Shown in pieces: positions 26,456 through 35,518 of a stretch of 64,000 bases of DNA. The translations under genes and the position numbers were made by a program. The DNA lies in assembly GCA_043827025.1 (NCBI GenBank), contig JBDRPL010000019.1:24273-88272 (forward strand), read 5' to 3'. This DNA is from Candidatus Micrarchaeota archaeon (lineage in GTDB: Archaea; Micrarchaeota; Micrarchaeia; Anstonellales; Bilamarchaeaceae). The notes below the pieces were generated by a model. The model worked only from the letters and a program-made list of their open reading frames with translations. It ran no database searches and was not told the DNA's origin. Position 1 is the first letter of the stretch; every line of letters starts with the position of its first letter.

Positions 26456-28759
26456 TCAGGCTTTTAGTTCGCTTCCTTTCTTCACTTTATTTACTTTGCT
26501 TATTGCCTTCAGTTCTTCAATCAGTTCATTATCAAGGTCAGCAACAGTAACTTCGTTCAATTCAGATGCCTGGCTCAGTTGTTTCTTTGATTTATATTGC
26601 CTTACGAATGAAACAGCTTCCTTCAACCTTTCGACTTGCCCGATGACTTCTGAATTTATTTCTCCGTATTCTGGCCATCGGATCGTCTGCAGGCTTTTCT
26701 TCTCAAACAATTCGCTATAAATTTCTTCGCAGATGTGCGGAGATATCGGAGCAAGTATCTTCACTGTGTTTTCAAGAACGTATCTGAGGCAATACTGCGC
26801 TTCCTGTTTGTCAATGTTATTATATGTCCTATACTTGATGTATTCGAGATAATGGTCGCAGAATTCGTTCCAGAAGAATTTCTGTATTGCACTTGCAGCC
26901 AGATGGAATTCGAATTTTTCCATTGCCTCAGTCACTTCCTTTATTGCCTGGTTCATCCTGCTTATTATCCAAATATCCACCTTTCTTTTCAAATGCACTT
27001 TCTTTCCATCAAAGTCAGACGTTGAACTCTCAACGAATTTTGCTGCGTTCCATACCTTGTTCAAGAAGGATTTTGCATATCTTATGTCTTCGTAGCTGAA
27101 CGGCCTGTCCTTTGCCATTGCTCCGCTCATTGCTGCCCATTGCCTTATGGCATCCACTGGATATTCGAACTGAAGAGTTGCTGGTGAAATTATGTTCCCA
27201 AGGCTTTTGCTCATCTTCTTGCCGTCAGGCGCAAGCACATTCCCGTTCAATAATATCTTCTTGAAAGGCGCTTTTCCAGTAAGGAATCCGCTTCTGTAAA
27301 TTGTATAGAATGCCCATGTCCTCACAATCTCCACACCCTGGGGCCTGAGAGAAACAGGATAAACTTTGTCAAACATCTTTTTGTTGTCAGGCCATCCTGA
27401 AATCACCAAAGGAGTTATGGATGAATCAACCCAACAATCGCAGGTGCTTGTTTCTGCTTTCATGACTTCCCCGCAGCAACATTTCATTTCCTTTGCCTTC
27501 TCTGGATAGAATGGCAATTCTTCTGCAGGCTCTGTCTTGGTGCATTTTTCACAATAGTAGAATGGAAGCGGTGTTCCGAATACTCTCTGTCGTGAAATGA
27601 CCCAGTCCCATTCTGCCCCTTCTACCCAGTCGATCAGATAGTTTATGCCGAAATTTGGCACCCATTCTATCTGGTGCGCCAGTTCCTTTATCTTTTTGCC
27701 AGTTGTCCTTATATCTGCGAACCATTGCATTGAAGTTAAGAGTTCAATTGCAGTTCTGCATCGGTCATGCACTTTCACAGTTTGTTTCAAAGGCTCTTGT
27801 TTGGTTATCTTGCCTTCAGCCTTTAGTTTTTCAATAGTCTTCTTCTTTGCTTCCTCTGTTTTAATGCCATCAAATTCTCCGCTGTTTATCATTTTTCCAT
27901 TATGGCCTATTGCATTCACTATTGGCAAATGGTGCCTATGCATCCAGACAACATCCATTTTGTCTCCGAATGTGCAGACCATGAGCAATCCAGTGCCAAA
28001 CTCCTTTTCAACATCCTTGTCTTCAAGAATTGGAACTTCCTTTCCAAGGGCAGTCTTTGCCTTTTTCCCCTTAAGGTGGACATACCTCTTGTCTTCAGGG
28101 TTGTAAAGCAGTGCAACGCACGCATTCATTAACTCCGGCCTTGTAGTTGCAATCAACAAGTCCTCGCCTTTTGGGCCTGTGAATTTTATGTGATTGAGCA
28201 TCCCGTCCCTCTCAACATCGTCAAGCTCTGCCTTTGCAATTGCAGACATGCATTTCGTGCACCAGTAAACAGGATATTCATTCCTATATACTAATTTGTC
28301 CTTATACATCTGTATTAGTGAAAGCTGCACTTTCTTGTGGTATTCAGGATCCATTGTTTTGTATTCATATCTCCAGTCTGGAGACCATCCCATGTCATTC
28401 ATCTGCTCTTTCATCTTTGCAATCATTTCATGCGTCCACTCGACGCATCTTTCCCTGAATTCTTTTGATGGAAGTCTGCCGTACTTCTTTTCTACCTTTG
28501 TTTCAGTTGGAAAACCTTGAGTGTCCCATCCTTGGGGGTAATACACATTGAACCCGTGCATCCTTTTGTAGCGTGCAACGAAGTCGAAATAGGAATAGCT
28601 TAGCACATGGCCCATGTGTAATTCTCCACTTGTGAATGGCGGAGGTGTGTCTATGGAATATATCTTGCCTTTTGCATCCAGGTTGAACTGGTGTATTTTA
28701 TTGTCATTCCAGTATTTTTGCCATTTTTTCTCTGTTTCCTTATCATATTTTCCGAGCAT
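26456..28759 (-). CDS. valS: class I aminoacyl-tRNA synthetase, most likely valyl-tRNA synthetase
   Basis: PPPFTSGELHMGH (HIGH region, ValRS-type P-P-P-x-TSG), GWDTQGFPTE and KMSKSLGN. At 767 aa it is shorter than typical ValRS. Confidence 0.65.
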   Translation of the reverse strand: MLGKYDKETEKKWQKYWNDNKIHQFNLDAKGKIYSIDTPPPFTSGELHMGHVLSYSYFDFVARYKRMHGFNVYYPQGWDTQGFPTETKVEKKYGRLPSKEFRERCVEWTHEMIAKMKEQMNDMGWSPDWRYEYKTMDPEYHKKVQLSLIQMYKDKLVYRNEYPVYWCTKCMSAIAKAELDDVERDGMLNHIKFTGPKGEDLLIATTRPELMNACVALLYNPEDKRYVHLKGKKAKTALGKEVPILEDKDVEKEFGTGLLMVCTFGDKMDVVWMHRHHLPIVNAIGHNGKMINSGEFDGIKTEEAKKKTIEKLKAEGKITKQEPLKQTVKVHDRCRTAIELLTSMQWFADIRTTGKKIKELAHQIEWVPNFGINYLIDWVEGAEWDWVISRQRVFGTPLPFYYCEKCTKTEPAEELPFYPEKAKEMKCCCGEVMKAETSTCDCWVDSSITPLVISGWPDNKKMFDKVYPVSLRPQGVEIVRTWAFYTIYRSGFLTGKAPFKKILLNGNVLAPDGKKMSKSLGNIISPATLQFEYPVDAIRQWAAMSGAMAKDRPFSYEDIRYAKSFLNKVWNAAKFVESSTSDFDGKKVHLKRKVDIWIISRMNQAIKEVTEAMEKFEFHLAASAIQKFFWNEFCDHYLEYIKYRTYNNIDKQEAQYCLRYVLENTVKILAPISPHICEEIYSELFEKKSLQTIRWPEYGEINSEVIGQVERLKEAVSFVRQYKSKKQLSQASELNEVTVADLDNELIEELKAISKVNKVKKGSELKA

Positions 28760-28835
28760 ATTATCCCTTTACACCACAATCTTTTTTACCTAATTATATG
28801 GGAACATTTAAAAGAATCTTCCTAGATATCTTTTT

Positions 28836-31457
28836 ATGAAAAAATACTTGTTATTTCTGCTTTTGCTTGGAAGCTTGGTGAATTCGGCCCTTATTCGGGT
28901 TGATCTTTCAGAATCTATAGTGGGGTATGCCGAAAAAGAGGCAATAAAAATCGGTGAATATGATTTCCTAGTGTTTGACCATATAAACAGTAAGCTAGGT
29001 CCAGGGGGCATTCAGCTTGCTACATCTGTTGATGTAAAAATTTATCATGCGCAGGGAGGAGTCACATCTCTTTATTCTTCAGTGACTTTGGTTCCTGGCC
29101 AGGACATTGAATTTAGGTTGCCAAGCACAGGTGCCCTTCCATTTCCGGAAGAAGCAGGGTCTGGGATAGTAACAATCGATCGTCTCTCAGTGTTTCCTGC
29201 GAAGGAAATTGATTTCACTTTGATTGCGCCATTTGTCCATAAATGTACGGAACTTGTCGAACCAAATCTTTTAGTAAAGAATACTGTGACTGCAGATTCT
29301 TATACATTTGAGTACTCTGAACATTTTCCTGGCTGCGCCGTTGGTGAATTTTGTGGAAACCAGGGGTTGCCTGAGGACCTTGGCGTTACTAAAAGCCGTT
29401 TATTTGCAACGCTTGAAACCAGCGATTCTGCGTTTGATATGTGTACTGGAGCTACAACCATTAGGGAAGTGAGTTGTACTAATATGTACAACCCAAAAAT
29501 TGTGGAATTAAATTGTCCTGAAGCACTGGTTTGCAGTGAGGGTGCATGTGTTTTGCCTTCAACTGTTTGTGGAGGGGCGTGGAGGGGATTCAATAGTGCA
29601 TTCGAGCAGGCTTCCCAGGAAAATGTCTTTTTCAAGTTCAATGCAGGTGCATTCAAAGCGGCTGATGTAAAATGCGCAGGAGGATATGTTCCATTGACAA
29701 TGACTTCAGGAACCAATTATCTTGCAACTACCAATCAGAATGATGAGGCAGTTCATTTAAATTCATTTAACTTGTGTGTCGAGAGGGGTATGCGGCCATT
29801 CTCTTTTTGGCAGTTTTCCCGTGACATGTACTTTGTCAGTGCCTTTTCCTGCCAGAGAGCAGCAAATAGTTTTGAATTCAAGCTTGTTTCGAAGAAAGTC
29901 TCTCCAACATGCAGCGGTCCTTCTCTTAATCAACTAAATACTGCAGTAAATGGAAATACGAAATTCCGATATGACTCAGGCACTGGCTATTACCTGACTT
30001 TCTTCCATCCGGACGTCTGTTCAGGAAACAGTGTCACTGAGAAATATTGCGATGGTAATTCTATAAAAGATAAGACAACTGTATGTCCTGTAGGTACTCT
30101 TTGCAGTGATGGTGCATGTGTGCAGGCTGCTGAGGTTGAATGCCAGGTCACCAGGGACTGCCAAATGAATTTCAGGGTATGTCTCAATGGCAAGTGCGAA
30201 GCAAGAGGTGTTGTGGCATGCGTTGACGATAGTGCCTGCAGCGGAATTACAGTATGCCATGGAGATGGATTTTGTAGTATGTTGTGCAGGGACAGTAGCA
30301 ACTGTGCTGAGGGATTTTTCTGCGATCAAGAGGGGCGCTGTATTGATCATCAATTGCAATGCCAGATAGATTCTGACTGCCCAGAAAATGGCCAGGTCTG
30401 CCAGAACAACCAGTGCGTTCTTCCAGGTGCAGTCCAATGTCAGAACAACAATGATTGCGATGACGATGAAAAATGCGACAATGGCATATGCGTAGTTGAT
30501 CCGAACAAGATTTCCTATTGCCAGGGCAATGAACTTGGTGTTGGGGATCCGCTGAATGTTGGCGACTATTCATTCTTGTTCAGTACTATTCTCCCAGGTG
30601 TGGATTGCAATAAAGCCAAGATAAAGATATATCAGAATGGCGTACTTAAGGACACTATAACCGAATGCCCGAAAGATGGGATATACACAACATCAATCAA
30701 CGGCGATAACATTGCCATGAGGATGTGCCGAGTTGACAATGCAAATGATATGGGAGTGTTCCAGTTTTCTGTAAATGGCCAAGGGTTATTAGTAAGCACT
30801 TGCGAGGATACTGACAGCGGAATGGACCTTTATAAAAAAGGGGTCACAACTTATGGCGTGAAGGATCTAAATGGGGCATTCATTGATACATCTACAGTCA
30901 GGGATGCCTGCGTGGATGCAGTGTCAGTGAGAAAATATTATTGCGATCCCCTTAACACTGCAAAAAGCACAGTCGTCCAGTGTCCTAATGATGGAGTTTG
31001 TAATGATGGCGTATGCAGTATCGGCAAGAAGCAGATAAATGTCACATTCGAGAAAGGCTGGAATCTGTTTTCAGTGCCTCTTGACAAGACAACAAAGTCT
31101 GTTTCAAGCTGTGGCCAGATGGACTTGTGGACCTATGATAATTCACTGAGCAAATATGTCCAAGTTGATTCGATGCTTTCTGGAAAAAGTTATTGGGGTT
31201 ATGTCAGTAGCAAGTGCCAGATGACTTTTGAAGGAGAAGGACTTAACATAAATGGATTGCAATTAAAGAAGGGTTGGAACCAGATTCCATCTTCATTTGT
31301 CCAACAGAAGCTTGATGACCTTCTTTTGCTATGCAATGTAGCTCATGGGCCTTGGACATATGATACTCTGCAAAATACATACATACTTGCGCAGAATTCA
31401 GTTCCAGGAAAAGGATATTTTGTCAAGGTTGGTGCAGACTGCAAACTGGAGGGATGA
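28836..31457 (+). CDS. large secreted Cys-rich surface protein (873 aa)
   Basis: N-terminal signal peptide (MKKYLLFLLLLGSLVNSAL). Many Cys in EGF/defensin-like spacing over residues ~200-560 (CSDGACV, CLNGKCE, CQNNQCV, CDNGICV). No recognised catalytic motif. Confidence 0.55.
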   Translation: MKKYLLFLLLLGSLVNSALIRVDLSESIVGYAEKEAIKIGEYDFLVFDHINSKLGPGGIQLATSVDVKIYHAQGGVTSLYSSVTLVPGQDIEFRLPSTGALPFPEEAGSGIVTIDRLSVFPAKEIDFTLIAPFVHKCTELVEPNLLVKNTVTADSYTFEYSEHFPGCAVGEFCGNQGLPEDLGVTKSRLFATLETSDSAFDMCTGATTIREVSCTNMYNPKIVELNCPEALVCSEGACVLPSTVCGGAWRGFNSAFEQASQENVFFKFNAGAFKAADVKCAGGYVPLTMTSGTNYLATTNQNDEAVHLNSFNLCVERGMRPFSFWQFSRDMYFVSAFSCQRAANSFEFKLVSKKVSPTCSGPSLNQLNTAVNGNTKFRYDSGTGYYLTFFHPDVCSGNSVTEKYCDGNSIKDKTTVCPVGTLCSDGACVQAAEVECQVTRDCQMNFRVCLNGKCEARGVVACVDDSACSGITVCHGDGFCSMLCRDSSNCAEGFFCDQEGRCIDHQLQCQIDSDCPENGQVCQNNQCVLPGAVQCQNNNDCDDDEKCDNGICVVDPNKISYCQGNELGVGDPLNVGDYSFLFSTILPGVDCNKAKIKIYQNGVLKDTITECPKDGIYTTSINGDNIAMRMCRVDNANDMGVFQFSVNGQGLLVSTCEDTDSGMDLYKKGVTTYGVKDLNGAFIDTSTVRDACVDAVSVRKYYCDPLNTAKSTVVQCPNDGVCNDGVCSIGKKQINVTFEKGWNLFSVPLDKTTKSVSSCGQMDLWTYDNSLSKYVQVDSMLSGKSYWGYVSSKCQMTFEGEGLNINGLQLKKGWNQIPSSFVQQKLDDLLLLCNVAHGPWTYDTLQNTYILAQNSVPGKGYFVKVGADCKLEG

Positions 31458-31460
31458 AAA

Positions 31461-31844
31461 ATGACAGATGATGATAAACTCGACGAATTAGCAGAGGATT
31501 TCAAAGAAGAATCCGAAGATTATGAAGCAGAGAAAAAAGAGAAAATTGAGAAGGCAAAGGAAAAAATTCTGCAATCAAGGAAAACAAAAGATTTGGAAGA
31601 GCCTGAAACTGTTGAGGTTCAGAAGAATTCAAAGACCGGAATGTGGTTTGTGGTTGCAATCATTGTTTTTCTGATTATTCTTGGGGCTGCATATATTGCA
31701 GTTAATCAGGGCATGTTTGGACCAGCAACTCCGGTACATGTAAATCAGACCAATACTACAATTGTCCAGCCACCTGTTAACGATTCAGTGGTTCCGGCAA
31801 ACAATGTTCCACCACCATTGCCAGATGAATTCTTTGGGCAGTGA
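31461..31844 (+). CDS. small single-pass membrane protein with an acidic N-terminus and Pro-rich C-terminus
   Basis: 127 aa: E/K-rich N-terminus, TM (MWFVVAIIVFLIILGAAYIAV), then VPANNVPPPLPDEFF. Starts 4 nt after the stop of the Cys-rich protein gene. Confidence 0.4.
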   Translation: MTDDDKLDELAEDFKEESEDYEAEKKEKIEKAKEKILQSRKTKDLEEPETVEVQKNSKTGMWFVVAIIVFLIILGAAYIAVNQGMFGPATPVHVNQTNTTIVQPPVNDSVVPANNVPPPLPDEFFGQ

Positions 31845-32261
31845 TTATTTTTTATTTATTTTTTCAGTGGTTATAAGGCCAAAAGCCCTTTTTCTCAAAA
31901 CCTCAGCATCGTTTTCATTGAAAAATATCTTTTCCGGTAACCTATTCTTTTCAAGCACTTTCTGGAACTCTACAAATTCTTCTTTTGTCAAGTGTACCAT
32001 AAACTTCTTTCCATATCCGTACGACTCAAACAAGGCTCCCTTTTCATCGTACAAAGCCAAGTCAGGAATCTTGGAATCTATATATATGCTGACCAGTTTC
32101 TTTACTTCTTCCTTTGTTATTTCTCTTCTTCGCGAAGTTATTTGGAATTCTGTCTGAAGTTGAGTGGCTTTCTTTGCAAGATATTCTAGCATGACCTTTA
32201 GCAATATGCGCATATCCACGCCCTTCATGTATTCCTCATTTAAGTAATATGTGTCTCTCAT
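31845..32261 (-). CDS. hypothetical protein (138 aa)
   Basis: ORF whose 3' end overlaps the downstream minus-strand MBL gene by 4 nt. No recognised motifs. Confidence 0.4.
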   Translation of the reverse strand: MRDTYYLNEEYMKGVDMRILLKVMLEYLAKKATQLQTEFQITSRRREITKEEVKKLVSIYIDSKIPDLALYDEKGALFESYGYGKKFMVHLTKEEFVEFQKVLEKNRLPEKIFFNENDAEVLRKRAFGLITTEKINKK

Positions 32262-33034
32262 ATAATATCAACCTTCATGCCATCTTTTGCAGCCATGCAT
32301 TTTATACCTGTTGCATCTTCTATCTTTTTTGCCTCTTTCTCAGGCCCTGCACTTAGCATTTTCATTCCTAAATGATATATAATTATTTTTTTAGGCATTG
32401 CCTTTCTTGCGATGGCTATTACGTCATCAGTTTTCAAATGGTCAGGAATCTGGTCTTTCTTCGGCTTCAGGCAGCTTACGAAAAGAGTATCGCAGCCTTT
32501 GTAAAGCTCGCCTAGTTCTTCAAAATATTCAGTATCGCTTATAATGCCCATTGTTTTTCCTTCTGCACTCAGCTTGAAGCCGAACCCAGTTGGCTCATCA
32601 TGCCTTGATTTTATTATTTCTATCTCGAATTCCGAATTTTTGGTCTTGAATTTTTTCCTTTCTCCGTATTTTGCAGTGTAAACTGTTCCTATCTTTCCAA
32701 GATGATATCTTGTAATTCCAGTATCGCCTTTTGCATCCCCTTCGACAACGTATCTGCTCCCTATAAAAATCCCTTTCTTCTTGAGTGCGTAACTTGTCAT
32801 CCCCTCTACCATGAGACTGGACTCGTTGCAATGATCTATATGGTAATGAGTAACTATTATCGCATCCAGTTTCAAAGGGTCAAGGCTGTATTTTTTGCAT
32901 TGCAGTATCGAACCAGGGCCGGGGTCTATCATTATGTTCAAGTCATTGGTTCTGAGCCACTGGCCGCCTGTCGAACGGATTTGCTTAAGGAGATTGACTC
33001 TGCCTCCTCCAGTTCCAAGGAATATGAGTTCCAT
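32258..33034 (-). CDS. MBL-fold metallo-hydrolase (RNase Z / beta-lactamase superfamily)
   Basis: FLGTGGG N-terminus and HYHIDH (HxHxDH) motif. 258 aa. Confidence 0.6.
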   Translation of the reverse strand: MELIFLGTGGGRVNLLKQIRSTGGQWLRTNDLNIMIDPGPGSILQCKKYSLDPLKLDAIIVTHYHIDHCNESSLMVEGMTSYALKKKGIFIGSRYVVEGDAKGDTGITRYHLGKIGTVYTAKYGERKKFKTKNSEFEIEIIKSRHDEPTGFGFKLSAEGKTMGIISDTEYFEELGELYKGCDTLFVSCLKPKKDQIPDHLKTDDVIAIARKAMPKKIIIYHLGMKMLSAGPEKEAKKIEDATGIKCMAAKDGMKVDII

Positions 33035-33341
33035 GAACCTGTTTCTGACTTATTGTTTAAAAAGACATTCGCTATCTTGGGATTATTTTACGCATAACCA
33101 CACAATTTAACATATTTAAATCCTTCCATGCAGAATGATCTAAGATCTTCATGTCCGGTTTAAAATCATATTTGCAAAGAGTCCGTGATCGACTTATTAA
33201 GAAACCTAAATCTATGCCAGTACGTTGCAGGTTTTTGGAAAGCACTTCTGTTCCAAATAGGCGGATAAGAAGCTTTGCCAGGTTTCCTGTAGAAAGTGGC
33301 TGTAACTACTCAAACAGGTGGGCTCGAGATCAAAACAGCAT

Positions 33342-33608
33342 TCACCAAGGCTCTCTTTCTACAAATGGAATACGTGCACCTACAAAGAAGATTGATTTGA
33401 GTCCTGCCCGATTGGGCGGAACAATTGCACTTAACTTTAGCGGAACACCTCTTTTCATCCACATCTCCAGCATTGGGACGTCATCTGTTTCAATCTCAAT
33501 TCTGCGCCCAGATTCGTCTTGGCTGTTTGAAGATTGTAGTATCGAATGTGGCAGGTCTATAACACATCTTGGCGAATACGTCTTTTCGCTAACTTTGAAC
33601 AAATTCAT
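33342..33608 (-). CDS. possible small protein (88 aa) inside a 630-nt ORF-poor region with raised GC
   Basis: It is the only ORF with protein-like composition in 33035-33665 and shares orientation with both flanking genes. No recognised motif. The overlapping plus-strand 172-aa ORF looks like an antisense artefact. Confidence 0.2.
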   Translation of the reverse strand: MNLFKVSEKTYSPRCVIDLPHSILQSSNSQDESGRRIEIETDDVPMLEMWMKRGVPLKLSAIVPPNRAGLKSIFFVGARIPFVEREPW

Positions 33609-33665
33609 GTTTGATCCTTCAGCAAGGGATGCCCAGATATCTCTTTCTCTTTCGGTTCTTGCAGA

Positions 33666-34574
33666 TTAATCTCTTTTTTTTCCAATCATCTCGCAGAACT
33701 TGCACATTTTATGAGAAGTTGGCTCGCCGCAGGTTTCACATCCTTTTATATCTCCTTTCTGAACATTCTGGCGTAGTTTGTTCTGCAATGTCATGAAACT
33801 GTTTAATATCTTGAACTTGGTTCCAGGGTATTTTTCTTCTATTTCATTTAATTTGTGGCGGATTTCCTGCCTGAATGCATGAACTGCATAAGGGCATTCC
33901 TGGCCATGTATCTCAAGGCCTTTCAGCAGTCCGTAGATCGCAACTTCCTTTTCCGGGGTTCGGATCAGGGGTTTTATTCTCGGGATGAATTTTTTATCTT
34001 CTTCTATTGGATGGAGGTATCTTGCAAGCCTCGTAGGCTCGTTTCGCATTATATTCATTAAGGTTGTCTGTGCAGCATCGTCTAGGTTATGGCCAATTGC
34101 CAGCTTGTCAGCACGCATCTCGCGCGCAGCTTTGTTTAACAAATAGCGTCTTGAAACTCCGCAATAGCTGCAGGGTATTGTTTTCTTTTCCTTCATTATC
34201 TCATCAAGCGTCTTTCCAGTCACTTCTTTGAACGAAACAACTCGGTGCTCGATTTTCAATTTCTTACAAAGCTTTTCCGCAATCTTCAGGCTGCTTGCAC
34301 GATAGCCTTTGATTCCTTCATCAATCGTTATTGCTACGAGCTCAAAAGGCAGTTTCTTTTGCAGTTTGTGCAATAAATAAAGCATCACAGAAGAATCCTT
34401 TCCGCCAGACACTCCAACTGCAATTCGTTCTCCTTTTGTTATTTTTGAAGTTTCGCCAACAGTCTGGAAGAATCGTTTCTCGAACATTGCGCAGAAATGG
34501 TTTTTGCAAAGGTGCAGTCCACCATAGGAAAGATAAATTATAGCCTCACGGCCGCATTTCGAGCATTTTTCCAT
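33666..34574 (-). CDS. ncsA: PP-loop ATPase of the TtuA/NcsA (Ncs6/Ctu1) tRNA 2-thiolation family
   Basis: N-terminal Zn finger (CSKCG...C..H), SGGKDS PP-loop and C-terminal CETCGE...CKFCE Zn finger. 302 aa. Confidence 0.75.
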   Translation of the reverse strand: MEKCSKCGREAIIYLSYGGLHLCKNHFCAMFEKRFFQTVGETSKITKGERIAVGVSGGKDSSVMLYLLHKLQKKLPFELVAITIDEGIKGYRASSLKIAEKLCKKLKIEHRVVSFKEVTGKTLDEIMKEKKTIPCSYCGVSRRYLLNKAAREMRADKLAIGHNLDDAAQTTLMNIMRNEPTRLARYLHPIEEDKKFIPRIKPLIRTPEKEVAIYGLLKGLEIHGQECPYAVHAFRQEIRHKLNEIEEKYPGTKFKILNSFMTLQNKLRQNVQKGDIKGCETCGEPTSHKMCKFCEMIGKKRD

Positions 34575-34615
34575 GGTTAGTAATGATTATGGTAATAATT
34601 AAATGCTATTTGGAT

Positions 34616-35224
34616 TCAATAAATGGGCTTGAGATCCAATTGCCTTTGTGTTTCTTTGAGTGCTATCACTTCAATCAAAGTCTGGACAATAGGGTTTGCG
34701 CGTATCAGGATTATAAGTGCCTTTGCAGATTCTTCTTCGAGCATCTTGCTGCCACCTGTTCCTTGGCGTGCTCTTGCAACTTCAGTAATATCCTTTATCA
34801 TCCTAAGGTGATAATTGCTTTCAAGATGTTCAGCAAGCCTTTTGGCATGCCCAATGACTGCACTCAGTTCGATACTTGGCTGGATAGTTGCAACATATAA
34901 TCCATTGCTTCGCGAATGATGTCTTTCAGAGAATGCAGTTGCCAATAATTCTGCATACATGCGCAATTCATCACTTCCAATGTTTCTGGAAAACCTATAC
35001 ATTAGGTAGCCTTGTTCGCCTTCCAAGCAGCCTATTGCGCTTAATGTTGCACGTGGTTCAATTTCAGTTGAGAGCTCGAATCTCTTTATTGCGGTTTCAA
35101 ATGAGCCATGTTCAATTTCCTTTCTTTTCCAGTTGCCTAGCTTTCTTTCTATTTGTCTAAAGTCACGCGGAGTCAAAACTAGCTGGCCTGTATTGAGAGT
35201 CTTCCGCTCCACTTGTTTATACAT
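34616..35224 (-). CDS. hypothetical protein (202 aa)
   Basis: ORF between the NcsA-like gene and the ThiS/SAMP-like gene. No recognised motif. Confidence 0.4.
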   Translation of the reverse strand: MYKQVERKTLNTGQLVLTPRDFRQIERKLGNWKRKEIEHGSFETAIKRFELSTEIEPRATLSAIGCLEGEQGYLMYRFSRNIGSDELRMYAELLATAFSERHHSRSNGLYVATIQPSIELSAVIGHAKRLAEHLESNYHLRMIKDITEVARARQGTGGSKMLEEESAKALIILIRANPIVQTLIEVIALKETQRQLDLKPIY

Positions 35225-35260
35225 GTGTTAATAGATGTAGAAATAGGTTTATATTCGTAT

Positions 35261-35458
35261 CTACCCGCCAAAAACTACGGTAATTATCTCGACCTTGTCC
35301 CTGTCTGTTACTTTCGCTGTCTCAGGAACTAGCTTTCCATTGACCTTTATTATTACCTCTTCCCTTCTGATCTTCTCTTTCTTTAGAATGTTAGATACAG
35401 TGCCTGAAAATTTCACTGATTTTGTTTTGTTGTCAATGCTTAGTTTCATGAATATCAA
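35261..35458 (-). CDS. ThiS/MoaD/SAMP-like small ubiquitin-fold protein ending in Gly-Gly
   Basis: 65 aa ending ...VEIITVVFGG. A C-terminal GG after a beta-grasp-sized body is typical of sulfur-carrier/SAMP proteins. Confidence 0.55.
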   Translation of the reverse strand: MIFMKLSIDNKTKSVKFSGTVSNILKKEKIRREEVIIKVNGKLVPETAKVTDRDKVEIITVVFGG

Positions 35459-35518
35459 TCATCATCTGTCATGCACCGTTTTTAAACCTTGATTGCGAAT
35501 ATGCAAAAGGGACTATTT

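Noticed and set aside
28836-31457. Diversity-generating retroelement (DGR) target hypothesis for the Cys-rich surface proteins
   Set aside because: No reverse transcriptase ORF and no template/variable repeat pair could be found in the window. The idea remains untested but unsupported here.
33151-33669. 172-aa plus-strand ORF in the 630-nt intergenic island
   Set aside because: Ser/Arg/Leu-rich antisense-like composition. The orientation opposes both neighbours and there is no start context, so I kept only the minus-strand 88-aa ORF as a low-confidence candidate.
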